Origin: Eledone cirrhosa | Lineage: Eukaryota | Assembly: GCA_964016885.1 (NCBI GenBank) | Contig: OZ024744.1 | Coordinates: 31,062,001 to 31,126,000 of the forward strand | Direction of reading: 5' to 3' | Length of the DNA stretch: 64,000 nucleotides | Shown: in pieces, positions 14,071-26,191 of the stretch | How the letters are laid out: every line of letters begins with the position of its first letter | Position numbering within the stretch: position 1 is the first letter of the stretch | Notes under the pieces: model-generated | What the model was told of the DNA's origin: nothing | Database searches by the model: none | Seen by the model: only the letters and a program-made list of their open reading frames with translations | Translations under genes and position numbers: made by a program

Positions 14071-14072
<2 letters not shown>
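13317..14072. repeat. 1.5-unit tandem repeat (period 496 bp) inserted in (TA)n; possible Penelope pLTR-derived element
   Basis: 13317-13577 recurs at 13813-14072; contains GAAACGCGTA, a minimal-hammerhead stem III signature. Confidence 0.7.
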
Positions 14073-14118
<46 letters not shown>

Positions 14119-14168
14119 ATTACTAACATAGTAACTTAATATATATATATGTAATAGGAACGAGTAGG

Positions 14169-14264
14169 ACCCCGACGGCTAAGCTCAAGCCGTTTCGACG
14201 GCTAATTCTGGACTTAATGAACATTTTTATCCTAGTATATGAATAGCCGAGCTTCTCAGGGGGT
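14169..14264 (-). ncRNA. Hammerhead ribozyme, inverted pLTR copy
   Basis: Reverse complement of the same motif with a few substitutions. Confidence 0.7.
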
Positions 14265-14854
14265 AATTCCATATATGGTAAAAGTGATTGTCACAAGGAT
14301 TAGTCAAAAGTTTGTTGTAAAGACACATAATTCTATCATGGCAATTTGTGGAGGGAAGGGGTAGCTGAAGGAAGTTGAAACAATAAGTAAAACCAATTGT
14401 TGACCCGTCACCATAAGATATACTCGGTTGATTACTTATACCTCTTAAAAGGGTCTCATTATAATTCCGTGCCACCTAGTAAACCTTTCTTTAGTCTAGC
14501 AGTATCAGTGAGAGACTTGATAGCTGTCCTTAGGTTATAGTAACCAGAAATTGTTTTTTACATTTAATTTTTTTTAACATTCTCGGTATTTTTCTATATA
14601 TTTACCCCATATTGTTTTACTTATTGTTTCGACTCCCCCCCTACCCCTCCCTAGTATACTTATTTGACCTCCTGCCCAGCTGTAGTTGGCACTATCCACG
14701 CACGACTGGGTTTCCTCCACCCCCTCTCCCTCTTTCTTCTACTGGCAGGTTCAGCTACCCCTTCCCTCCACAAATTGCCATGATAGAATTATGTGTCTCA
14801 ACAACAAACTTTTGACCAATCCTTATGACAATCACTTTTACCATATATGGAATT

Positions 14855-14950
14855 ACCCCCTGAGAAGCTCGGCTATTCATATACCAAGATAAAAATGTTC
14901 ATTTAGTCCAGAATTAGCCGTCGAAACGGCTTGAGCTCAGCCGTCGGGGT
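14855..14950 (+). ncRNA. Type I hammerhead ribozyme (variant core) in the 5' pLTR
   Basis: ACCCC-CUGAGAA-long stem II (CGGCUA/UAGCCG)-GAAA-CGGC-U-UGAGCUCA-GCCG-UC-GGGGU; GUC cleavage site at 14945. Confidence 0.75.
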
Positions 14951-15135
14951 CCTACTCATCCTTATTACCCACTCTATTACCCTAAGTATTGAGTACTTTG
15001 GTGCGTTATGGTCCACCTGGTTCCTTACCACATTTCCTTCGTTATCTAGCTCCTATTCCCGTAGTAGAGCACTTTCCGACCCTACCACGCCGTATCCAGA
15101 CTTTTCCGCTAAACTCAAGTTCTTTCACCCGCACC

Positions 15136-17270
15136 ATGCGAAAACACAACATCGACTTCTCTACCAAGAACATCCTAGTCCCACCGAAAAAACTTTACCT
15201 TCGGATGCTCACGCAAAAAATCGATCTATTTGCGAAAAGACTTAGATGGAGAACTTTTTTCTACGACAGATATTGCGACAATCAGGACTTCGGTACCAAG
15301 GAGAGATTCGGATTTATTACCTACAAATCTCCCCCTCCGAACCCTATGCTCTCACCCTTCGAGAATGACCTTTTCCAACTGGTCAAGAACATTAAATTCA
15401 AACCCAGACAGAATCGATTCCTACAAAAACTCCGTAGCAACTTAAAAGAGTATGATAACACCAATGATATCATGGTGCACTCAGATAAAACTGGTAACCT
15501 CTACTTTGTCAACCCCGACATATACCACACACTGATCAGGAGCAGCCTAAACTCCACCTATAAAAAAGCTAACCACTCATGCATCGAGGACATAAATCGA
15601 GATGGACAACAAATTACCTCCAGCCTCGGGTCGCCGACCGCACGGAATCCCTAGACCCACGGACACCCTACTTCACACTGAAGGACCACAAATCCGATTT
15701 CGACCGTAAACCTTCTATCAGGCTTATAAACCCAACGAAGTCCGACATAGGGAGAATCAGCAAAATAATCCTAGACCGCGTTATACCAAAAGTCAAGCAA
15801 CACGCCAGACTTAGCCTATGGGTCAACACCCAGGAAGTAATCTCATGGTTCAGCAATATGGAGGAAAAACGAGACACTAAATTCATCCAGTTTGACATAG
15901 AGAGTTACTATGCTTCAATTACCTTACCGCTACTTCCGGCTGCCTTGGACTTCGCCGAAACACTTGTGCCCATCACCGACCAGGAAAGAAACATCATCCT
16001 CCACGCCAGGAAGACAGTCCTACTCTTCGACAACTCCAAATGGATAAAGAGAGCTCCCGACTCACCCTTCACGTCAGCATGGCGCGACGGATTCGACGGA
16101 GGTCACAGATCTTATAGGATTATTCCTAATAGCTAAACTCACCGACATGTTTCCTGCTTTCGGTGGTGGATTGTACCGTGATGATGGGCTCCTTTCTCTT
16201 AAAGGGTACAACCCCAGTAGTACAGATCGGGTCCGTAAACAATTAATCAGCTTCTTCCGCGACTGGGGATTTAAAATAACCCTACAAACGTCCCTGACCC
16301 GAGCAAACTTCCTGGACGTTACCCTTGACCTCGATAATGATCTGTACTACCCATACAGGAAACCCAACGACAACCTGCACTACATCCACCGCCGGTCAAA
16401 CCATCCTAGGAACATCACCAATAACCTGGTTAAAAACATCTCCCTCCGCATATCTCGTTTGTCCGCTAATGAGCAGATATTCGAGGAACATGCGCCTTAT
16501 TACAACCAGGCCCTCAAGCGGAGTGGTTTCCGGGAGGAAATATCCTACTGTCCAGCTTCCATTAGCGGAACCAGCAGACGACACCGCCGCTCACGCAATA
16601 TAAGATGGTTCAATCCTCCCACAACGCCGAGTTGACAACTCCTATCGGGAAAATCTTCTTTAGGCTCATTGAAAAACACTTCCCACTACAACACCGCTAC
16701 CACAACATAATTAACAAAAATACCTTCAAACTCTCCTACAGTACCACACCAAACTTTGCACAAAACATCGTCTCCTCTAACAACAAAAAAATCAACCCCT
16801 ATGGAAGAAATAACTTAAATAGCAGTGGAGAGCCGACCAGGAGGTGTAACTGTCCTGATGGATCCATTTTCCCCCTCGACAACAGATGCAGAGATCGTAA
16901 TGTGATCTACCAGTGCAATGTGAGGACGGACACTTCCAACAAAGCTTATATAGGATTAACCGCATGTGACTTCAAGACCCGGCTATACCAACACAGACAT
17001 ACCTTCCGAAACCCGGCCCAGCGTCACACCACTACACTTTCGGGCCACATATGGGACCTCAAGGATAACAATATTACCTATGATCTCACTTGGAGCTTAC
17101 TGCCCAGAGCCAACTCTTACACGGGAGGACGCCGTCCGTGCAATTTATGCTCGAAGGAAACTTTACAAATGTTGTTTTCGACGGACCAACTCCTAAACAA
17201 GAAAGATGAATGGTAACTGCATGTAAACACAGATTGCGAAGGACTTACCTCGCCCTCAAACCCCATAATG
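15136..17270 (+). pseudogene. Naiad-type PLE polyprotein (RT + GIY-YIG endonuclease), frameshifted
   Basis: FSTKNILVP..RLRWRTFF, TLKDHK, RLINPTKS, FIQFDIESYY, GLYRDDGL, NFLDV, CNC...VIYQC...YIGLT...KTRLYQH, CNLC...LLNKK...CKH; about four frameshifts. Confidence 0.88.
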
Positions 17271-18407
17271 ACCCGGGGGGGGGGGGTAGACTAGGGCTAT
17301 AACACCCCACTTGCCGATTTTGTAATGGGTAACCCCCGCTTGCAAAGGTAGACGTAAGATCTTCTTTTATATATTTTTATCGCTTCCTCTATATTTCTTT
17401 CTTCCCCCCATCCCTCCCTAGTCCTTCCACCCCAGTCCTCTTTCTTTGTCGTCGTCCTTTTCACTTTCTCGCCCACCCGAGGCAGTCCCTCGGTCCTTTG
17501 TAGCCTCAGTACCCCCACTCCTTAGCTATTCTATGATAGATTTGCCGACTCCGCTTTTTATAGCAGATGTGTTAGACCTTGCCTTCTTATCCGATGGCTG
17601 CCCCTTTTCCGTGCTTTCTATATTTCTTAGTGGTATCTTTGCTTTAATTTCTCGTATATCAGTGTTTATTTTATTGGGGGGGGGGGGGGGTTCTGAATTA
17701 ATTTTCCGTATCAAATTTTTCATATACTTCGTACGAGCACTTTTGTAGTTTGCACTATAATTTTTGTATCGTGGCGGCACCCTTAGAGATAGTATTAGTA
17801 TTCTTTTTCGGGATTCTGAATTATTATTTCGTATTAGTTTTTTTTTTTTTTTTTTTTTTTGCACTGGGTGGTTGCTGGCCTTGTGCTTGGGGTAGAAACC
17901 TTTATTTCGTATTGGTCTCGGGACTCTCAAATATTATTTCGTGGTAGTTTCTTTAGTATTTTGGCCCCCCACTTGTTGACCCGTCACCGTAAGATATACT
18001 CGGTTGATTACTTATACCTCTTAAAAGGGTCTCATTATAATTCCGTCCCACCTTGTAAACCTTTCTTTAGTCTAGCAGTACCAGTGAGAGACTTGATAGC
18101 TGTCTTTAGGTTATAGTAACCAGAAATTGTTTTTTACATTTAATTGTTTTTTAACATTCTCGGTATTTTTCTTATTGTTTCGACTTCCTCCCCCTCCCCA
18201 TCCCTAGTATACTTCTTTGACCTCCTGCCCAGCTGTAGTTGGCACTATCTACGCACGACTGGGTTTCCTCCACCCCCTCTCCCTCTTTCTTCTACTGGCA
18301 GGTTCAGCTACCCCTTCCCTCCACAAATTGCCATGATAGAATTATGTGTCTCAACAACAAACTTTTGACCAATCCTTGTGACAATCACTTTTACCATATA
18401 TGGAATT

Positions 18408-18503
18408 ACCCCCTGAGAAGCTCGGCTATTCATATACCAAGATAAAAATGTTCATTTAGTCCAGAATTAGCCGTCGAAACGGCTTGAGCTCAGCCGTCGG
18501 GGT
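18408..18503 (+). ncRNA. Hammerhead ribozyme, 3' pLTR copy
   Basis: Identical to 14855-14950. Confidence 0.75.
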
Positions 18504-18668
18504 CCTACTCGTTCCTATTACCCACTCTACTACCCTAAGTATTGAGTACTTTGGTGCGTTATGGTCCACCTGGTTCCTTACCACATTTCCTTCGTTATAT
18601 ATATATGTATATACTTGACATTACAGTCGCTAAGTTTATGGCTTCTAATTTGAATAGAAAAAGACGTG

Positions 18669-18742
18669 TGATGTGTTGGTGTAAATGGTAGCACAGTGGT
18701 CCGGATAACCAAAGATGTGGGTTCGACTCCCATGTACGTCAA
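18669..18742 (+). pseudogene. tRNA-like sequence (tRNA pseudogene or SINE head)
   Basis: A box TGGTGTAAATGG, B box GGTTCGACTCC, acceptor-like tgatgtg/tacgtca; anticodon arm non-canonical. Confidence 0.55.
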
Positions 18743-19732
18743 TACTCATCTTTTTCCATTTCTCCGAGGGTTCTTAACCCCATTATCAGGCTAAATAATT
18801 TCTTTAATTTCTTTAGTCAAAATACGGCGATAGCTTACATTTATAATAATTTCAAACCCACTCGCTGTTTCGAAAATATTCTTACTTGATATATATATCT
18901 ATAAATTATTACTAACATAGTAACTTAACAAATGGTTCTAACATAAACTTATGATGGAAGATATTTATTTAAGTAAAAACCCTTTAAAATATGTGGTTTT
19001 GTTCCTTAGAATAAGAGCTAGTTTTGGTCACGGGGCGATCAAAAGCGTTAAACAATATTTAGAGTTTGAATTAAATTTTTTTTATTATATTTTTCGTTTT
19101 CATTTTGTGAGATCTGTCAACGGTAAACTGAGATTTTGATATGAATTACCGATCTACTGTACAAGACCCAGTCTGTCTACAGACAATGAAACTATGGACT
19201 GTTTTTTTTCCTTCTTCAAGGCCGTATATACATTAATAGGGGAAACACAAACACATACATTCTTTGAAATGCGTCAATATAAATATATACGCTGACATCT
19301 TACTCTTCTAAAAAAATATCAAATACTCACATATGTACCGTTTACGTTATAGCTAATTACTATTCATATTCTGGAGGCTGTTTTAAGCTATAAACATATG
19401 AGTTGCAGAGTGATATTAGCCTGTTGTTCGGCTCTGGTTGAGGGTAACATATCCGCTGATGGTTAAGCAGTTGTGAAATTGTCTGCGACTCACATGGGAC
19501 ATAAAAGGATATTAAATTGTAAAGTTTATCCATCCAATTATAAACGGTTATATAATTAATTTTGAGAGAACCGATTATTTAGTTATGATTTGGTGTAATC
19601 GGTAGCACGCCCAACTGACACATGGTGCATGTGTTGTTTGACTCGGTCAGCATCATCAGTTCTTTTTCTTGTTCTAGAATACGTATGTAAACCACTCTCT
19701 CACTCACTCTATCTATATCCCTCTCTCTCCGA

Positions 19733-19815
<83 letters not shown>

Positions 19816-19839
19816 AGTGTGTGTGTGTTCATTTTAGTA

Positions 19840-19932
19840 AGTCTTCTTACACCTATTTCACCTGTTTATCACAGGATCATCAGAGAAGTTCTTGATCCTG
19901 TGATAAACAATTGAAATAGGAGTAACAAGACT
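19840..19932. repeat. Short fold-back, probably a PLE pLTR remnant
   Basis: cctatttca..tgtttatcacaggatca / tgatcctgtgataaaca..tgaaatagg; followed by a tattgagtact tail resembling the Naiad pLTR end. Confidence 0.6.
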
Positions 19933-20083
19933 CATTGTTTGGCCTTAATAAAATATATATTAAAACTGTATTCGGTATTGAGTACTCTTTTCTCTCACCC
20001 GTCAACGACATACGGATATATATATATATTAGAATTGGTGCTCTGAAATAGCGATGTATATATGAATGTATGTATAGTAGATT

Positions 20084-20573
20084 TGGTAATATACCATATG
20101 TTTAATTAAAAGCATTTTGAAGACCTTACGCTATTGTTTTAAAGTAGTGACTATGTCACTTACTTCTTTTTTCAACAAAAAAGGGAGATAAGCTGACAGA
20201 TCTCTGTTTCATACTGTTGGTATTCTTGAGAGCTTAGCACTCCCCCTTGTCTATTGAATAATTATGAATGTTGGATCCTTATAGAATTCCAGTAATAATC
20301 AGGAACTGATTATACAGAGCGGTTGCCGATCCAGCAAAAATTGAAAATTAGAATTGGTGTATTACTGAAATTCTATAAGAATCGAACATTCAAAGTTTTT
20401 CAACAGAGAAGGGGAATGATAAGCTCTGAGGAATACCAATAGTATGAAACAGAGGTCTGTCAGCTTATCTCCCTTGGTTTGTTGAAAATAGAAGTAAGTG
20501 ACATAGTCACTACTTTAAAACAATAGCGTAAGGTTTTCAAAATGCTTTTAATTAAGCATACAGTGTATTACCA
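20084..20573. mobile_element. Inverted pair of PLE pLTR fragments (arms of about 215 bp)
   Basis: 20084-20298 is a diverged reverse complement of 20360-20573; each arm carries a hammerhead motif. Confidence 0.8.
20418..20469 (+). ncRNA. Canonical type I hammerhead ribozyme
   Basis: GAUAAGCU-CUGAGGA-AUAC-CAAUA-GUAU-GAAA-CAGA-GG-UCUG-UC-AGCUUAUC; 8-bp stem I and a GUC site. Confidence 0.88.
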
Positions 20574-20611
20574 CATACACTATATACAAATATAAATATA
20601 TATATATATAT

Positions 20612-20830
20612 ATAACGAAGGAAGTGTGGTAAGGAAATAGATGGACCATAACGCACCAGAGTACTCAATACTTAGGGCAGTAGAGAGGGTAATGGGAAGA
20701 TTGTAGCTGTCAAAAGGATTGGTCAAAATTTCTTGTAAACACAATTAAATCTTTCATGGCAGTGAGTGGGAGGTGGGGGTGACTGAACTTGCCTGTAGAA
20801 CAATGAAGGAGTGGGTGGAGCCGGTCAAGC
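20612..20830 (-). mobile_element. Diverged solo Naiad-family pLTR fragment
   Basis: Reverse complement resembles parts of 14700-15045 (ccctaagtattgagtact..gtgcgttatggtcca..ttccttaccaca..ttccttcgttat); the hammerhead region is missing. Confidence 0.7.
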
Positions 20831-21160
20831 GTTGAAAGTGAATTCTATAGAGCAAATTCTAGGGATATATATATATCAGACTGATTGTTGAATATGAAAT
20901 ATAAATTTAAATAATTTTAAAAGCCAAACAAGGCATTAGAAAATAAAAGGTGTCAAGATAACAATAGAATCTTACCTTAGCAAATTTAATTATCCCAAAT
21001 ATTTTCGGGTTTAAAAACCCATTATTAAGGGAGTATCGATGTGAAGGTCTTAAAGGATCGGTCGGAGACTAGTTGTTGTTAGGAAGGCAGATTTAATTTA
21101 AATGTATATATATATATATAGTAGAAAATGAAAGAAATTCCTTGTTACGGTGGGATGTAT

Positions 21161-21331
21161 TTGAAAAAAGAGAAGAACGACTTCACTGGAGGTTGGTGTT
21201 TTTAATAATGAAAAACTTTACAGTGCGTCGATATTGTTATTTCAGCTAAGTGTTTCTCGCATTCGGTGGCAATTGTCAAACTGGACTTTGTGGTATATTG
21301 AAGATGTGTATATATATATATATATACAGAG

Positions 21332-21412
<81 letters not shown>

Positions 21413-21502
21413 ATGAGGAAATATCAATATCGACTTACGGTAAAGATTTGAATCATTAAAGAACGCCAACTTCCAGTGAAGTCGTTCTTCTCTTTTTTCA
21501 AT
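21161..21502. repeat. Inverted repeat (arms of about 80 bp) enclosing (TA)n/(GA)n
   Basis: ttgaaaaaagagaagaacgacttcactgga / tccagtgaagtcgttcttctcttttttcaa. Confidence 0.75.
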
Positions 21503-21544
21503 CACACACACGCGCACTCACACACACACACATACATACGCACA

Positions 21545-21810
21545 CATATGAGGATTGCAGCGTCTTCACAGACGACTGCCGTCTCTTATTGATTCTTCAT
21601 TGTCATCCCATCTGCGTTCATGACTCCGTAGATGACTTTAGACCAGCTGTAGATATGCATGGTTTATGACACAGGTGACAGAAGAGAGTTGTGCTTTCCA
21701 CAGGATCGATGGGGACACTCTATGGAACACAATCCTTATGAACGACCATGTGTTTTTTTAGTCCGGAACTAGTTCTACACATTTTGTACGCACGTCGTTT
21801 CGCCACAAAC
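21545..21810 (-). mobile_element. 3' end of an RTE/BovB-like LINE
   Basis: Minus strand FCHLCHKPCISTAGLK(S)HLRSH (C-terminal C2H2-like motif, one frameshift), followed by a microsatellite tail. Confidence 0.6.
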
Positions 21811-22124
21811 ACATACACACATATACACACACACACATACATACATGATGGCTGCAAACTCTGCTAAGAGTTCTGCAATCGCCAGTCACACAAACCTGTA
21901 ATGGACCCTGAGCAAGCAATGCCTGTGCTTTGAAGGTTTTTTTAAGTGGGGAACGGCCTTGCTCTCGACCAATTCCACTCTCTCAGCATGGAAAACACTA
22001 CCCGAAAAGGAGAACTGGTCAACATCATCGGATGCTTCCGAAACCGCAGGTTTTTTTTTCCGAGTTTCCCCCTCCTAGAAAGGTGTTGTGACAACAACTG
22101 GGGGTCGTTACACATACATACATA

Positions 22125-25100
22125 AGTCAGTCAACGCGATCAGTCGCATATTTTGGCGTGGGAGACTATTTATTAAATTTAAGATGAATACTATCTCCGA
22201 CAGTAATGCCACAACTACAGCCAGGTTGAATAACTGGTTATTCTTCTAACTATCCCTTCTGAAGACACCTTTCATTCGAATTCGTAGAGATATCTGACTA
22301 AATACATAATTCATTTTACAACGATTTGCTACAAACAGCATGGCTGAACACAACATCAACAACAAAATTAAGGAAGTATCGAAGACAAATAACAAAGAAG
22401 GTAATCAAACTTTATTCAGTTGTAGCTACAGAAGAAACCGAAATTATAAATCGCATTTCTCTTGGAGTTGCGAACATAATAATGATTTATTTAATTGTTA
22501 TAAAATGGCAAAAAACAGTTCCTCCATTGGCTATATGAATAGAATGAAGCTACACTGGGACGAAATGCACCCAGAGCTAAATTATTTCACAGCGAAACAA
22601 TTACGCCAACAAGCGACGTTGGTTGAACGTAAAAATAAGATAAATATTATTAATTGTAAGTCCCCCACAACAAACATGGAATCAACAACACATGCTACAG
22701 ATCGCCATGCTACTAGACTTCCTAGCAGCCAGGTCGAACAGCGCCTTGAAACAACTATGCCTGTAAGAAATTTGACACCACGTGTACCATCTAAGTCTAC
22801 CTCGAATGCTGGGGAAAACACTATCGATAATAATAATAATCGAGGAAATAATAATAATAATCGAATAAATGTGACACCACGTATACCATCCGAGTCTACC
22901 TCGACTGTTGTGGAAAATATTATCGATAATAATAATCAAAAGTATAAACAATTGAAAATTTCCCTCAACGAAATCTTCCAGAGAGAAATTAACTCATGTA
23001 TAAATATCTCTCTTGCTGAACGTGTTAAAATGACAATGGTGAATAAAAAGCCAAATAATGAAATACTACGTGTTATTGACGAAATATATGTCTTAGCAAT
23101 GACAGTGAAGCATTATCTTGGTGATAGCAGAGATATTAACAAGAACAAAACACCACCAAAAATACCATCATATATAACTAAAATAGAAAAAAAGAGTGCT
23201 GACCTAAGAAAAAACATAGGACATGTGACAATGCTCCTTACATGCAAACAAACACAAAAAAACCTCACTCCTCACCAACAAAGAGTGAAAAATAAAATAG
23301 AGACGATGTTTGGTAACAGTAGAACCAGAACTCTCCAATATAAGCTGATCACCCTCAAACAAGAATTGAGAGCTGTTAGCGAAAAACGCCGATACCTGAA
23401 GAAGGTAGATGAGAGAAAAATGCTTAATAAAAGATTCAGACGAAACCAAACATCAGTCTATAGAGATATGAAGGGCAAAATAATAAGTGTCACTGAGGCC
23501 CCATCCCAGAAAGACAGATTCATTTTGGAGAAAAATATGGGGTGAAAAGAAGAATTTCAACCAAGATGCAGTGTGGCTAAGAGAAATCCGAAAGAACTAT
23601 TGCTCCCACACTACAACAAAAACATATGAAATAAGTGAGGGTACCCTTGAGTCTGTGATAGGAAAACTCCAAGATAAGAAAACACCAGGAAGAGACATGA
23701 TTGTCGGCTACTGGTACAAAAAACTGATATTCTATCGGAGGTATCTTACTGACCTCTACCAACAAGTTCTTAAGGGAGATACACTTATACCAGAATGATT
23801 GACATTAGCACAAACATTACTGGTCCCCAAGAACAAAGACACCCACTTGGCAAAAAACTACCGACCCATTGCATGCCAGAACCTGATGTATAAGATGTAT
23901 ACAGCCTGCCTGAACCTATTTCTCCAAGATCACTGTGAAAATAATAACATTATCACAGATGAATAAGCAGCTGGAAAGAAAGGGGTTTGGGGATGTGCTG
24001 AACAACTCCTAATCAACAAAACTGCGATGTCGGAGGTGCGACAACTTAGGAGGAATATGACTACAATCTGGCTGGACTACAGGAAAGCTTTCGATTCTGT
24101 TCCCCACTCTTGGATGATAGAGGCGCTCCAACTTGCTAAAGTCCCAGACATTATTGTCAGAGCCATAGAGAGGCTGTCTTCTTCTTGGTCTACTATCCTA
24201 AGGTTAAAGACAGAGAGGGAGGACTCTATATTCACTGATAAAATAAAATATTGCAGGGGTATATTTCAGGGGGACAGTCTCTCTGTGATATTGTTCATCT
24301 TGTCATTAAACCCCTTGTCCTTTCTGCTCAAGAAATGTGAGGGATACATCATTGGCTCACAGGAGGACAGAAATACGAACCTAACCCATAACTTATTTGT
24401 GGACGATCTGAAACTCTATGCCAAGAACATGGATGGGATGAAGAAAAACCTTGACCTGGTTACAACGTTCTCAAAGGATATAGGAATGGAGTTTGGCCAA
24501 GATAAATGCTCATACATGACTGTAAAGCGGGGAAAAACAACAACCCAATCTAGCAACATTGTCATCAATGGTCTAACTGTTTCACCGATAACTGATGAGG
24601 ACTGCTACAGATACCTGGGGGTAGATGAGAACATATCCTATAATGGTATCTGTAATAAAGAACGCGTAACCAGGGAATACTATACCCGATTAAGAAAGAT
24701 CTGGTCATCGGAACTCTCTGCGCAAAACAAAACAGTGGCTCACAATGTGTTTGCTGTGCCTGTCCTAACACCAACGTTTGGAATACTCAATTGGACGATA
24801 GATGAAATCCGAACAGTTGATGTTGGAACTCGAAAAATACTGAACAACACCGGAAACTTCCACATCAACAGTGACATAGACCTCCTTTACTTGAAACGTA
24901 AGCAGGGAGGCAGATGCCTCACATCAGTCCAGGCAACATTTGAATGTCGCATCATATCTCTCCGACAACATCTACGAACCTCGAAGCGTAGGAGCCCGTT
25001 CCTCGAGCAAGTCTATCTGCATGAAACAGATAAGATCATGAGAGTTGGGAAGGAATTCCTTGAGAGATATTCCCTGTGTGATAATCAAAACTCACACCCA

Positions 25101-26191
25101 GGGATGTCGCTCAGCAGTATCGCAGTTAATCCATGGATGATAAACTGCATGCCTATCAGCAAAAAATCATGCATGGATATGTTGCCAGGAAGCTCCAGAG
25201 TGAGAGTAATATAGATAAGGAAAGTAGTCTATCTTGGACCAACAACCGCTATATTGGCTCCCACTTTGAAGGATACGCTTTTGCAATCCAAGAACAGGAG
25301 ATTAGCACGAAATATCTGATTCACAAAAGAGATAGGGATGCAGGCAAAACACCTAGATGTGATAACAAGTGCAGACTCTGCAGAACTAACATCGAGGATG
25401 TTACCCATGTCATCAGCAGCTGCCCAAAGATGTCATCGCGGTACTATCTACCTATGAGGCATGATGTAGTGGCCAAAACACTGTACGATGCTGTTCGTAA
25501 AAAAGATAGCCCCGATAATAAACACATTAAAAGCTACAACAATGTGGAAGACATCCATGTACATAATATGAAACAGTACTGGTGGAATGTTCCACTAAAA
25601 ACCCCAATAAAATGCAGGCATAACAGACCAGATATTATGATATGGGACAGGGAGAAGAAAACATGCACAGTAGTGGAAATTAGCTGCCCAGCAGATGCTA
25701 ATATAATATCAAAGATTAGTGAAAAGGAGAATATTTATGCTGAACTGATGAGAAATCTGCAGATACTCCACCCTGATTACACCTTCAGATTTATGCCTGT
25801 GATTACTGGGGCACTGGGATATGTTAGTAACTGCCTCAATACAAATCTTGAGAAGCTAGGCTTCACAGGAACAGAAAGAACACAACTAGTTAGAAAATTA
25901 CAAGTACAATCCATTAATGGAACAGTAAAAATATGTAAAACATTCCAAACATTTTGCATCTAATAACTGGATATACACATGTACAGATACAAAGCATATA
26001 CACATGCACACATACAACTCAAAACATACACATCCACACATACAATAACATCCATATCTACACATGCATGCATACATACATATCTACCTAGTTGATGTTG
26101 TGTAAATTCCAATGAGAGAGTATTGTGTCTATGTTAGAAACCGACTCTCTCTCTATTGGTAAACATTTGTGAAATTATAAAACCAGAACAA
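22125..26191 (+). mobile_element. R4/Dong-like non-LTR retrotransposon with restriction-like endonuclease, between (CATA)n tracts
   Basis: Single long ORF, now broken; CATA repeats at 22112-22124 and 26192-26224. Confidence 0.85.
22340..25963 (+). pseudogene. RT + CCHC + RLE polyprotein
   Basis: WLDYRKAFDSVPH, GIFQGDSLS, LFVDDLK, YRYLG, CRLC..EDVTHVISSC, RHD, NRPDI..VEISCP..K; a few frameshifts and stops (e.g. 23796). Confidence 0.88.

Larger units (their letters stand above)
14151..18598 (+). mobile_element. Penelope-like element, Naiad type: inverted partial pLTR, direct pLTR, RT/GIY-YIG ORF and 3' pLTR; in (TA)n
   Basis: Direct pLTRs at 14397-15045 and 17973-18598; inverted pLTR at 14151-14369; flanked by TA repeats. 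Confidence 0.9.

Noticed and set aside
15136-17350. Selenocysteine recoding and SECIS, as reported for some Naiad elements
   Set aside because: The conserved Cys positions use TGT/TGC (one is mutated to TTC), the breaks are frameshifts rather than in-frame TGA, and I see no convincing SECIS after the ORF.
19583-19660. Second tRNA-like sequence
   Set aside because: An A box is present, but the B box and stems are too degenerate to call.
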